From an uncultured Candidatus Poseidoniales archaeon (GTDB lineage Archaea > Thermoplasmatota > Poseidoniia > Poseidoniales > Thalassarchaeaceae), in assembly GCA_964563355.1 (NCBI GenBank), contig CAZLVU010000006.1, positions 18,346 through 82,345 of the forward strand: DNA of 64,000 nt. Direction: 5' to 3'. This document shows, in pieces, positions 1 to 8,398 of this stretch (position 1 is the first letter of the stretch; every line of letters begins with the position of its first letter). The translations under genes were made by a program, and so were the position numbers. The notes under the pieces were generated by a model. That model was given only the letters and a program-made list of their open reading frames with translations. It had not been told where the DNA came from and ran no database searches.

Positions 1-197
1 AGTCGAGCATCGTTCCATAGTTCAAATAATTCCCTCTCGTAGAACCTCACAGGCTCCTTTTCGATAAGCGATCTCAGACGGTTCTGCTCTTCCAGTACAG
101 CGATGGGTGTCGCTCCGAAGGACCCGTGATTCAAGAAGGAAACATTGGGGTCCAAAGGCCAGTGCTTGGACAACTCATTCTTCTGCGGCATCATCAT
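1..197 (-). CDS. PLP-dependent class V aminotransferase-fold enzyme (isopenicillin-N-epimerase / cysteine-desulfurase-like), N-terminal ~65 codons only, runs off the window start
   Basis: Hand translation of the minus strand from ATG 195-197 gives MMMPQKNELSKHWPLDPNVSFLNHGSFGATPIAVLEEQNRLRSLIEKEPVRFYERELFELWNDAR. The FLNHGSFGxTP and EKxPVRF motifs are typical of the N-terminus of this family. The ATG overlaps the lipB TGA stop (ATGA). It is absent from the ORF track because it is open-ended. Confidence 0.55.
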   Translation of the reverse strand, partial: MMMPQKNELSKHWPLDPNVSFLNHGSFGATPIAVLEEQNRLRSLIEKEPVRFYERELFELWNDAR

Positions 198-868
198 GCG
201 ACAATCCCCGGAACCCATTCTATCGGTTCGGCCGGCTTCCTCCCGAGGTGATCCTCACAAACACCAAGCAAACCCATTGCCACCCTTGGCAGGTCTATTG
301 TGAGTCCTTCCGAGTCATGGGTATACCCCAATTGGGTCAGACTGGTATGAATGCCCTGTTGCATCCCACACCCTTCTAGATCCTCGACGCGTGTTCCGGG
401 TGTGTTGACATTGATCGACATGCCGTGACGGCTGACCCAGTGAAGGAATGATAGCCCAATCGAGCAAACCTTGTGACCGTCAACCCAGGCTCCTTGCATT
501 GCGGGGTCCTTGTAAGCCAACACCCCGCATCCAGACAGAGCGCTGATTGCCCAGTCCTCGAGCTTCCCAATTATTCCCCTGACGCTCTGCTCCTCCAGGG
601 ACCACTTGATGATTGGGTATGCAACCAGCTGTCCAGGGCCATGCCAGGTTATCCCCCCTCCCCTGTCTGTTAGTGAAGTGGGATACCCCTCAACAACCAC
701 CCCCTCTCTGACGGCCTTGGGCCCCACTGTGACAATCTCGGGATGCTCTGCGAAGATTAGCGTGTCCGGTATCTCGTCGGCAATTCTGAGTCTCTGCAGT
801 ACTTTCATTTCCTCCGCAACTATATGATGCTCTACTAGCCCGCAATTCAGAATTCTAATTTCGTCCAT
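194..868 (-). CDS. lipB: Octanoyltransferase (lipoyl(octanoyl) transferase) LipB
   Basis: 224 aa. It has the diagnostic DRGGGITWHGPGQLVAYPI motif and the HKVCSIG active-site Cys region. It lies immediately downstream of E3. Confidence 0.9.
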   Translation of the reverse strand: MDEIRILNCGLVEHHIVAEEMKVLQRLRIADEIPDTLIFAEHPEIVTVGPKAVREGVVVEGYPTSLTDRGGGITWHGPGQLVAYPIIKWSLEEQSVRGIIGKLEDWAISALSGCGVLAYKDPAMQGAWVDGHKVCSIGLSFLHWVSRHGMSINVNTPGTRVEDLEGCGMQQGIHTSLTQLGYTHDSEGLTIDLPRVAMGLLGVCEDHLGRKPAEPIEWVPGIVA

Positions 869-876
869 GAGAAACC

Positions 877-2313
877 TCAGTTTGTGTGAATTGCGTGTCC
901 AAGGGCCTTAAGCACAGACTCGTGGAAGGCCTCCGTCATTGTCGGATGTGCGTGAACTGTTCCGGCAATATCCTCCAGAAGGGCCCCCATCTCCAGTGCC
1001 AGCACAAACTCTCCGTGTAGTTCAGCCACGTGAGTCCCCACGGCCTGGACACCGAGAATGACGTGGTCAGATTCTCTAGCAGTCACTCGAATGAAACCCC
1101 CGGTCTTATCTGCCTCAGTACTCAGGGCACGTCCGCTAGCCGCGAGGGGGAACTTCCCCATGATGACCTGTTCACCGCGATTTCGAGCCTCGTCTGGAGT
1201 TAGGCCAACAGAAACAATCTCCGGCTCCGTGAAGACTATGGCGGGAATAGCAACCTTGTCGAACTCCCGCTCGTGCCCTGCGATAATTTCGGCGACCATC
1301 TCCCCCTCCGCGCTAGCCTTGTGCGCTAGCATCGGCTCACCTGCGACATCTCCAATTGCGAAGACCCCGGGAACAGATGTCCTGCACTGCCTGTCAATCC
1401 TGATGAAGCGCCCTGAAGTGTCCATGCGGACGCCGGTGTTCTCCAGCCCCCATCCTTTGGTGTTCGGCTTGCGGCCAACAGTTACGAGGACCTTGTCAAC
1501 CTTCACCGATTGCTCCTCACCATTCTTTTCGAATTTGAGCTCAACTTTCCTTGAAGCGCCCTTTCCCTTCACTTCTGCTCCAAGTGCCAGTGCGTTCGTG
1601 TGGACCTCCACTCCGTGTTTCTTGAGCCAAATCTCAAGGGGCCTCCGAATCTCCTTATCCATGATCGCAAGGATGCTGTCCAAACCCTCGACGACCGTGA
1701 CCTCAGTTCCAAGCTTGGCTAGGGCGCAGCCCAGCTCTAGCCCTATGTACCCTCCTCCAACTATGGCCGCACTCTTAGGTAGTTTGCTCAAATCTAACGC
1801 ACCGGTGGAAGATAGGATGAACTCTTCGTCACACGGCATGAACGGGAGGTCAATGTGGCTCGAGCCAGTTGCTAAAATTACGTTCTCGGCCTCGATGCTC
1901 AGTGTTCCTTCATCAGACTCCACAACGCAGCTCTTAGGCCCATCGAAGGTCGCCCACCCCTTGATTAGCTCCGCACCAGACCCACTGAGAAGCGCCTCAA
2001 CTCCCTTGTTAAGACGGTCCACAATTGTGTCCTTCCAGGAAACCAAGGCAGCCATGTCAACTTCAGGACTGCCATTGATCGAGAGGCCCATGTGCCCCCC
2101 TTCCGATGCGTGCTGCTTGAGCCCCTCGAATCGCTCGGCAGCATGTATGATTGCTTTGCTTGGAATGCACCCTCGAATCAGGCAGGTACCCCCGGCCTTG
2201 TCCCCCTCGACGACGATGGTGTCTAATCCCAGTTGAGCGGCTCTGATGCCAGCTACGTAGCCGCCTGGACCAGCACCGATGACCAGAACCTGGCACTTGC
2301 GAGACTCTGTCAT
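877..2313 (-). CDS. lpd: Dihydrolipoamide dehydrogenase (E3)
   Basis: FAD motif VIGAGPGGY, redox disulfide GGTCLIRGCIPSK, and C-terminal HAHPTMTE. The ORF track starts at GTG 2325. ATG 2311-2313 (MTESRK...) is the more likely start. Confidence 0.92.
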   Translation of the reverse strand: MTESRKCQVLVIGAGPGGYVAGIRAAQLGLDTIVVEGDKAGGTCLIRGCIPSKAIIHAAERFEGLKQHASEGGHMGLSINGSPEVDMAALVSWKDTIVDRLNKGVEALLSGSGAELIKGWATFDGPKSCVVESDEGTLSIEAENVILATGSSHIDLPFMPCDEEFILSSTGALDLSKLPKSAAIVGGGYIGLELGCALAKLGTEVTVVEGLDSILAIMDKEIRRPLEIWLKKHGVEVHTNALALGAEVKGKGASRKVELKFEKNGEEQSVKVDKVLVTVGRKPNTKGWGLENTGVRMDTSGRFIRIDRQCRTSVPGVFAIGDVAGEPMLAHKASAEGEMVAEIIAGHEREFDKVAIPAIVFTEPEIVSVGLTPDEARNRGEQVIMGKFPLAASGRALSTEADKTGGFIRVTARESDHVILGVQAVGTHVAELHGEFVLALEMGALLEDIAGTVHAHPTMTEAFHESVLKALGHAIHTN

Positions 2314-2321
2314 AGAATTCC

Positions 2322-3599
2322 TCACATGAATATGAGCGCAGGGTGTTCTAGCATCCTCCTGAGATGCTGGATTAAGGAGGCACCGTCCGCCCCATCGACA
2401 ACTCGATGGTCGAAGGCGCTAGACAGGTTCATTATCCTGCGGATGACCACCTTTCCATCCCTGACCACTGGCATTTCCCTGGCTTTGTGAATGCCGAGTA
2501 TGGCTACCTCCGGATGGTTGATTATTGGAGTCGCTCCTAGCCCACCCTCGCGACCAAGACTGGTAATCGTGAAAGTCGACCCGGTTAGGTCATCGACGCT
2601 GGCAGTGCCCTCACGTGCGGCCCCCGCCACTCTCTGCATCTCCGTAGCAGCCTGCCAAACATCCATTGCTTCGACGTGCTTGACCACTGGAACGTATAGG
2701 CCTCGATCGGTCTGAGTGGCTATGCCTATGTGTATGCCCGCGAAACGATTCACTACCCCTGATTCGTCATCGAAGTTGGCATTGCACTCGGGGTGATCTG
2801 GCATTATTCTCGAGAGCGCGAGCATGATGAATGGCAGGTAGGTGAGCTTGGGTTGCGTTTCGTCCCTACTCAGGTTCAGTACCTGCCTAAGGGACTCTAA
2901 CTCCGTTACGTCAACCTCCTCGAAGTAGGAGAAATGGGGAATCTTCCTCTTGCTAAGCGTCATCTGCTCAGAGATCTTGCGCCGCAAACCCACAACTTTG
3001 ACCTCCGTCACCTCGGTCCTCTTGGTCGAGTAAGCCGCCGGAGCGGCTCCGGACACAGTCCCGCCAGCCGCAATGAAGGCATCCAGGTCAGCATGCCTAA
3101 TTCTGCCGGCCGGACCAGAACCCCTGACCTGAGCCAGATCTACTCGTGCTTCCCGGGCGCGGCGTCTGATTGCGGGACTAGCTAGCACCTTCCCCGCTGG
3201 GGATGTTGTTTGATTGGCTGGTGCGGAAGCCTCGGGGGGAGGGAAGGGAGGAGATTGTTCAGTTTCTGGCTCTGGTTCCGGGTCAGGTGCGGGAACTGGT
3301 TCCGACGCTGAGGCTTCCTCGACGACCTTTTCCGGTTCGTCGGCATTCGTAGCAGACCCATCCGATTCGAACTCTACGAGCATCGATCCAACTGCTACCA
3401 TGTCCCCAATGTCACCACTCAGTAAGCTGACCACGCCATTCACTGGAGAGGGAATGGTAACAGTTGCCTTGTCAGTCATTACATCAACAATCGGGTCATC
3501 CTCTGAGACAGTGTCACCGAGTGCAACGTGCCATTGAACGACTTCACCCTCGACCACCCCCTCCCCAATGTCAGGGAGTTTGAAGACGTACTCGCTCAT
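2322..3599 (-). CDS. Dihydrolipoamide acyltransferase (E2) of a 2-oxoacid dehydrogenase complex
   Basis: One lipoyl domain (VMTDKATVTIPSP), a Pro/Glu/Ala linker (PVPAPDPEPEPETEQSPPFPPP), a subunit-binding domain (ASPAIRRRAREARVDL..GSGPAGRI), and the catalytic DHRVVDG motif. Confidence 0.93.
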   Translation of the reverse strand: MSEYVFKLPDIGEGVVEGEVVQWHVALGDTVSEDDPIVDVMTDKATVTIPSPVNGVVSLLSGDIGDMVAVGSMLVEFESDGSATNADEPEKVVEEASASEPVPAPDPEPEPETEQSPPFPPPEASAPANQTTSPAGKVLASPAIRRRAREARVDLAQVRGSGPAGRIRHADLDAFIAAGGTVSGAAPAAYSTKRTEVTEVKVVGLRRKISEQMTLSKRKIPHFSYFEEVDVTELESLRQVLNLSRDETQPKLTYLPFIMLALSRIMPDHPECNANFDDESGVVNRFAGIHIGIATQTDRGLYVPVVKHVEAMDVWQAATEMQRVAGAAREGTASVDDLTGSTFTITSLGREGGLGATPIINHPEVAILGIHKAREMPVVRDGKVVIRRIMNLSSAFDHRVVDGADGASLIQHLRRMLEHPALIFM

Positions 3600-3600
3600 C

Positions 3601-4611
3601 TCAGTCCTCCTGCGTCCTGCGTATTGCCGTGGCTATGCGAGCGGGTCCCGGCATGTAATCCCATTCAGTGGTGTGGGGGAATGGGGTGTCCCATCCAGCG
3701 ACTCTTTGAATCGGGCTCTCAAGGCTGTAGAAGCACCTCTCTTGGATGGAAGCTGCCATCTCCGCACCAAAGCCGCTGGTCTTGGGAGCCTCGTGGACGA
3801 TAACACACCTCCCAGTTTTCTCAATGGAGTTCACAACTGCGTCTCTGTCCCATGGAACCAGGGTCTGCAAGTCAATCAGATCGCATGAGACCCCACTGTC
3901 CCTGATTCCCTGTTCGCAGACGTGGACCATTGCGCCCCAGGCGATAACAGTACATGCTCCCCCTTCTTCTGCCAGTCTCGCTTGCCCTAATGGGGTGCTG
4001 TAATGGGAATCTGGGACCTCAGCCTCAGGGTGATTCGCCCATGTGGGGACCTTGTCGGGATCTCCGTAGAATGGCCCCCTGTAGCACCTCTTCGGCTCGA
4101 AGAAAATTACGGGATCGTTGCATTCGATGGAACTGATGAGGAGCCCCTTAGCGTTGTAGGGTGTTGAACAGTAGACGACCTTAAGTCCTGGAGTGTGTGT
4201 AAATTGGGACTCCGGTGATTGTGAATGGTGGTGGCCCCCCCTGATTCCCCCTCCCGCGGGTGTTCTGAGAGTGACAGGGGACCAGTACTCCCCTCCAGAG
4301 CGATGCCTAACCTTGGCTAGCTCATTGACAATCTGGTCGTAAGCAGGGAAAATGTAGTCGGCGAATTGTATCTCGACGACTGGCCTTAGTCCGTTCAGCC
4401 CCATTCCGAAGGCTGTTGCAGCAATCCCTCCTTCTGAAAGAGGCGAATCGAAGACTCTGTGCGAACCATGCTTCTCTTGCAGTCCGTCTGTCGTCCTGAA
4501 TACTCCTCCGAAGTATCCGACATCCTCTCCGAAGATTATCACGTCCGGATCCCTTTCCAACATGTTGTCAAGTGCGCTGTTTAGCGATTGAATCATGTTC
4601 ATGTTTGGCAT
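3601..4611 (-). CDS. 2-oxoacid dehydrogenase E1 component, beta subunit
   Basis: The MPNMNMIQSLNSALDNMLERDPDVIIFGEDVGYFGGVFRTT region is typical of transketolase-like E1 beta. The ORF track extends to 4656, but ATG 4609-4611 sits 2 nt after the E1 alpha stop. Confidence 0.9.
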   Translation of the reverse strand: MPNMNMIQSLNSALDNMLERDPDVIIFGEDVGYFGGVFRTTDGLQEKHGSHRVFDSPLSEGGIAATAFGMGLNGLRPVVEIQFADYIFPAYDQIVNELAKVRHRSGGEYWSPVTLRTPAGGGIRGGHHHSQSPESQFTHTPGLKVVYCSTPYNAKGLLISSIECNDPVIFFEPKRCYRGPFYGDPDKVPTWANHPEAEVPDSHYSTPLGQARLAEEGGACTVIAWGAMVHVCEQGIRDSGVSCDLIDLQTLVPWDRDAVVNSIEKTGRCVIVHEAPKTSGFGAEMAASIQERCFYSLESPIQRVAGWDTPFPHTTEWDYMPGPARIATAIRRTQED

Positions 4612-4613
4612 GA

Positions 4614-5870
4614 TTAAACCCCCATAACCTCGTCGCGCTGCTCCTTGAGGTGCCAAGGCATCTCCTCGTATACCTCTGTGAAAATAGTGTCCGCTGAGGG
4701 ATATGGGCCGTTCGCCAAGTCTCCGAATTTGACTGCTTCCTTGTATGCATCTGTGACCTCGGAGTCCAATCTCTTTTCCAGTTCGGAGTGCTTCTGCTCA
4801 CTCCACTCGCCCTCTTTGATCAGGTGGTCTTTTAGCCTGGAAATAGGGTCTCCCCCGGGCCACTTCGTATGCTCATCCTTTGGTCGGTAACGACTCGGGT
4901 CGTCGCTGCTACTGTGAGCTCCTGCACGATAGGTCAAAACCTCGATGTGAGTAGATCCAATCCCAGATGCAGCACGTTCACGGGCCCATTTGGTGACTGA
5001 ATAGAGTGCTAGGAAGTCGTTGCCATCTACTCTGATAGAAGCCAACCCGTATGGAATCCCCCTGGAGGCGAATTCACCTTTGCCAGTAGCGAAGTTGGCA
5101 TGAGTGGAAATTGCCCACTGGTTGTTCACGACATTCAGAATCACTGGAGCTTTGTACACGCTTGCGAAATTCAAGGCGTAGTGATAGTCTCCCTCAGCAC
5201 TAGCACCATCTCCGATCCAAGTTATGGTGACCTCGTCGAGGCCCTTGTACCGAGACGCAAGGGCCACTCCGACGGCCTGACTGAACTGCGTACCGACAGG
5301 ACTGGAAACCGATATGAAACGACCATCCCTGTAGGAATAGTGCACGGGCATCTGCCGGCCCTTGATATTGTCTTCTTCGTTGCCTATGCAGTGGCAGATC
5401 ATGCTCACCATGTCCCTACCGCGGACAAATTGGGCACCGGGCTGCCGGTAAGTTGGGAAAATCCAATCCTGGGTTTCCAGTGCCATTGTCTGGGCAATGG
5501 CTACTGCCTCCTCCCCTAGGGAACGCATGTAGAATGACAGCAAACCCGTCCTCTGCATCTTCATCATGCGATCATCGAAGATTCTCAGGCGCGCCATGTG
5601 CTCGAGACCTTCCCTGAGTTCGTCAGGACTGAGATTTGGATCCCACTCCCCAGATGCCGTCCCGTCGTCATCGAGCACTCTGACCAATCCACTGGCCAGA
5701 TCTATGGTTTCATTTGGTTCGCAGCTCTTGGGATCGGGCCTAGAAAGATCGCCGGGTTTCCACGGCCAACTCTCAAATTCGGCCTCTTCACCGGGTCTGA
5801 ATGGGGCATCCGGGACGTCTATTGCGCCCCCCTCATCTCCCCTCGACATTTCTACACACCTCTTTTCCAC
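4614..5870 (-). CDS. 2-oxoacid dehydrogenase E1 component, alpha subunit (BCKDH/PDH heterotetramer type)
   Basis: TPP-binding motif GDGASAEGDYHYALNFASVYKAPVILNVVNNQWAIS. The length and N-terminal region resemble BCKDH E1 alpha. Confidence 0.9.
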   Translation of the reverse strand: MEKRCVEMSRGDEGGAIDVPDAPFRPGEEAEFESWPWKPGDLSRPDPKSCEPNETIDLASGLVRVLDDDGTASGEWDPNLSPDELREGLEHMARLRIFDDRMMKMQRTGLLSFYMRSLGEEAVAIAQTMALETQDWIFPTYRQPGAQFVRGRDMVSMICHCIGNEEDNIKGRQMPVHYSYRDGRFISVSSPVGTQFSQAVGVALASRYKGLDEVTITWIGDGASAEGDYHYALNFASVYKAPVILNVVNNQWAISTHANFATGKGEFASRGIPYGLASIRVDGNDFLALYSVTKWARERAASGIGSTHIEVLTYRAGAHSSSDDPSRYRPKDEHTKWPGGDPISRLKDHLIKEGEWSEQKHSELEKRLDSEVTDAYKEAVKFGDLANGPYPSADTIFTEVYEEMPWHLKEQRDEVMGV

Positions 5871-6977
5871 TCAAGACATTTGGCTTCTTACCAGCAAATG
5901 CGAATCCTCCGATGCCATGTAGCTAACTGCCGAGCCCGTGGAGTCTCTTGTAACAACAGGCTCCCCTCCCATCGCTTCCTCCCACAGTAGACCAGCCCGG
6001 TAGCTGGACCTTACTAGGGGGCCGCTTGCGACCGCGCCAAACCCGAGTTCCCTGGCAACCTGATCCCATTCGGCGAACTTCTCAGGCTTCGGGAACCTTT
6101 CAACAGGAAGATGTCTGAAGCTTGGTTGGAGGTACTGCCCCACAGTGATCATGTCGACCCCGGCCTGTCGGATTCTGAAAATTGCGTCCGTGACTTCAAC
6201 GTCAGTCTCTCCGAGGCCAACCATCATGCTGGTCTTGGTAAGTAGATTGGGGCGCAGCCTCTTGGATTCCTCAAGGATCGCAATCGATTGATCGAACGAA
6301 GCCCTAGGGTCGCGAACCAAGCCGTCGAGTCTCGGCACGCATTCCACGTTGTGCGCAAACACCCGAATTGGGAGGTCATCTAGTAGCATCGCCAGCGAAT
6401 CAAGGCTCCCATCCAAGTCGGAGCATAGGAGCTCGATTCCCACACTCGGATTTCTCTCACTGACTTTGAGAATGCAATCTCTGTAATGTCCAGCGCCACC
6501 ATCTTCCAGGTCATCCCGATTAACCACTGTGATAACCGCGTATTTCAGTCCCATTCTCAGGATTGCGTTGGCAAGTTCAAGCGGCTCATCTGGATTTAGC
6601 TCCGGAGGAGTCTTCACCGTCCCGACAGCGCAGAACCTACACCCTCTGGTACAGACTTCCCCAGCAACCATGAATGTGGCAGTGCCCCTCCCCCAGCAGT
6701 CGTGAACATTGGGGCATCGTGCCTCCTCGCAGACGGTATTGAGCCCGTGCTCGTGAACATTCTCTTTTGTCTCCCTATATCGGGCTTGAGACTCCCCGGT
6801 TGGAAGGGAGGTTCTGAACCAATCGGGCAGCCTTCTTCTTAGGGACCTCCGTCTTTCCTCGGCCCCTCCCCTAGAAGTACCTCCGCAGCCTCCTTGGAGC
6901 TTATCACCGGACCCAATAGTCGGCAAGCGCCTGTCCATTGGGTCTTCGGACGGTAGCCCGACATTAACCGTTCTCAT
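5871..6977 (-). CDS. lipA: Lipoyl synthase (radical SAM)
   Basis: Auxiliary cluster motif CEEARCPNVHDCW and radical-SAM motif CTRGCRFC. There is an Arg/Gly-rich N-terminal extension of about 45-60 aa before the usual LPDWF(R/K) start region. The stop abuts the E1 alpha ATG. Confidence 0.92.
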   Translation of the reverse strand: MRTVNVGLPSEDPMDRRLPTIGSGDKLQGGCGGTSRGGAEERRRSLRRRLPDWFRTSLPTGESQARYRETKENVHEHGLNTVCEEARCPNVHDCWGRGTATFMVAGEVCTRGCRFCAVGTVKTPPELNPDEPLELANAILRMGLKYAVITVVNRDDLEDGGAGHYRDCILKVSERNPSVGIELLCSDLDGSLDSLAMLLDDLPIRVFAHNVECVPRLDGLVRDPRASFDQSIAILEESKRLRPNLLTKTSMMVGLGETDVEVTDAIFRIRQAGVDMITVGQYLQPSFRHLPVERFPKPEKFAEWDQVARELGFGAVASGPLVRSSYRAGLLWEEAMGGEPVVTRDSTGSAVSYMASEDSHLLVRSQMS

Positions 6978-7008
6978 GGTTAAGGTTCCACCCTCGGACT
7001 AAGCAATC

Positions 7009-7016
7009 GGTAAAAT
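7009..7016 (+). promoter_or_regulatory. TATA-like element (GGTAAAAT) placed for a leaderless transcript starting at ATG 7039
   Basis: It is the only A/T-rich octamer in the 61-bp lipA/SDR divergent spacer. It lies about 23-30 nt upstream of ATG 7039, which matches archaeal TATA spacing. Confidence 0.3.
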
Positions 7017-7038
7017 GCTAGTCTTTCACCCGGGAGTC

Positions 7039-7791
7039 ATGGCCAACACCGTGCTGGTTACGGGTGGGGCGAAGCGCATCGGTAGAGAAATCTGCCTCAG
7101 ACTGGCTAGAGAGGGATTTGACGTAGCAATCCACTACCGAGATTCAGAGTCGGAGGCTTCGGATCTCGTTGCACAAATTGAGAAATCAGGAGTAAGAGCC
7201 AGTGCGTTTCAATGCGACCTATCTGACTCCGGGGAGACGAAATCACTAATTGGGAGGGTCAGAGAAACATTGGGGCCGGTTTCTGGCCTAGTGAACAATG
7301 CCTCCGTTTTCCAATTGGATCGCCTCGAGACTCTTGAAGAAGAAACATGGGATGAACACATGAAAGTAAACACCCTAGCGCCACTGATATTGATTCGCGA
7401 ACTAGCAGATGAGGCGGATGAAGAAGCTTGGGTGGTCAACATCCTTGATTTCAAAGTGTCATCCCCGAATGGGGACTATCTGTCCTATACCAGCTCAAGG
7501 TATGCATTGCACGGCCTCACATCCGCTCTTGCAGTCTACCTAGCCCCAAACATGCGAGTTAATGCCATCGCCCCCGGACATGTCTTGCCAAGTCGGGAAC
7601 TAACTGAAGAAGCACTAAACTCGATCCATGCACACTCATTGCTGGGTCGGGGGCCCAGTTCTGAAGAAGTGGCTGAAACCGTAGCTTTCCTATCGGGGTC
7701 TAGATCAATCACCGGCCAGACAATTTTTGTTGATGCAGGTGAACGATTCAATCAGAGGAGACAGGATCCCGCGTTTGGTTTGGAGGAATAA
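7039..7791 (+). CDS. Short-chain dehydrogenase/reductase, pteridine-reductase / FolM-like
   Basis: The VLVTGGAKRIGREI (TGxxxRIG) signature is typical of the PTR1/FolM subgroup. NNAS and VNAIAPG motifs are present. The catalytic YxxxK reads YTSSR (Lys to Arg). An alternative upstream ATG is at 7015. Confidence 0.7.
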   Translation: MANTVLVTGGAKRIGREICLRLAREGFDVAIHYRDSESEASDLVAQIEKSGVRASAFQCDLSDSGETKSLIGRVRETLGPVSGLVNNASVFQLDRLETLEEETWDEHMKVNTLAPLILIRELADEADEEAWVVNILDFKVSSPNGDYLSYTSSRYALHGLTSALAVYLAPNMRVNAIAPGHVLPSRELTEEALNSIHAHSLLGRGPSSEEVAETVAFLSGSRSITGQTIFVDAGERFNQRRQDPAFGLEE

Positions 7792-7792
7792 C

Positions 7793-8212
7793 ATGCCCGA
7801 AACTTCTGTACATTTGCTGGACGCTGTCAAACAGTTGGGTGCTAGGGAGTGGACTACTCTTCGTTTGGAGAAAGTTATCCGGCCATTAGACATCGGGACC
7901 AAAGACTACGAGATTGGTACCGAGCAGCCAGTCCGGTTCGATATTGAAGTCCTGTTGCTGGGCTCTGCCAAACCAAGACAAGACACAATAGAAGAGGTCC
8001 TCGACTACGAATACCTCTACCACGCTATTGATTCTGCTTTGGAAGTACGCTATTCCCTGCAGGAGACTATAGCCTCGAACATCCTTGACACCGTGATGGA
8101 TCCTGAACCCGTGGTCGCTGGTGTGGTTTGCATGACAAAGCTGTCCCCCCTCGGCTTTGATGGGAGATTTGGATGCACATTGGTGAGAATCAAACCGGGT
8201 CTTTCTGAATGA
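7793..8212 (+). CDS. Dihydroneopterin aldolase (FolB/FolX)-like tunnel-fold protein
   Basis: VRFDIEVLL...DTIEEVLDYEYLYHAIDSALE..YSLQETIASNILDTVM...V.MTKL matches the FolB pattern (D-x-x-DY, LxE-T-xA). The ATG lies 1 nt after the SDR stop. The ORF track start at 7727 overlaps the SDR and is unlikely. Confidence 0.55.
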   Translation: MPETSVHLLDAVKQLGAREWTTLRLEKVIRPLDIGTKDYEIGTEQPVRFDIEVLLLGSAKPRQDTIEEVLDYEYLYHAIDSALEVRYSLQETIASNILDTVMDPEPVVAGVVCMTKLSPLGFDGRFGCTLVRIKPGLSE

Positions 8213-8298
8213 TGGTGCAGGGGGTGGGATTCGAACCCACGAAGCACTAAGCACCGGAGCTTAAGTCCGGCCCCTTTGACCAACTCGGGTACCCCTGC
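8213..8298 (-). tRNA. tRNA-Leu(UAA): tRNA-Leu, anticodon UAA, class II (long variable arm), genomically encoded CCA
   Basis: The reverse complement reads GCAGGGG TA CCCGAGTTGGTCAAAGGGG CCGGA CTTAAGC TCCGG TGCTTAGTGCTTC GTGGG TTCGAAT CCCAC CCCCTGC A CCA. The acceptor stem is 7 bp, the anticodon stem 5 bp with loop CT-TAA-GC, and the T arm is GTGGG/CCCAC with a TTCGAAT loop. The variable-arm pairing is weak. Confidence 0.85.
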
Positions 8299-8398
8299 AG
8301 GCCTGAAGTAGGGACATTCGCTTTCAACCGAGCGGAGAATAACCTGCAAGAACCGATGCATTGTACAGTCTAACTTCCCGAACTCTTTAACATCCCGA

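Noticed and set aside
1058-2236. A 392-aa plus-strand ORF lies entirely inside lpd. Similar long antisense ORFs overlap other genes, for example 3214-3537 and 5566-5990.
   Set aside because: They are Ser/Pro/Thr-rich and low-complexity with no recognisable motifs. They lie opposite genes with unambiguous enzyme signatures. This is a typical antisense frame artefact.
8213-8298. tRNA-Leu as the integration site of a genomic island carrying the giant genes.
   Set aside because: There is no integrase or recombinase in the window. I noticed no direct repeat of the tRNA 3' half. The tRNA 3' end faces the folB-like gene, not the giant genes.
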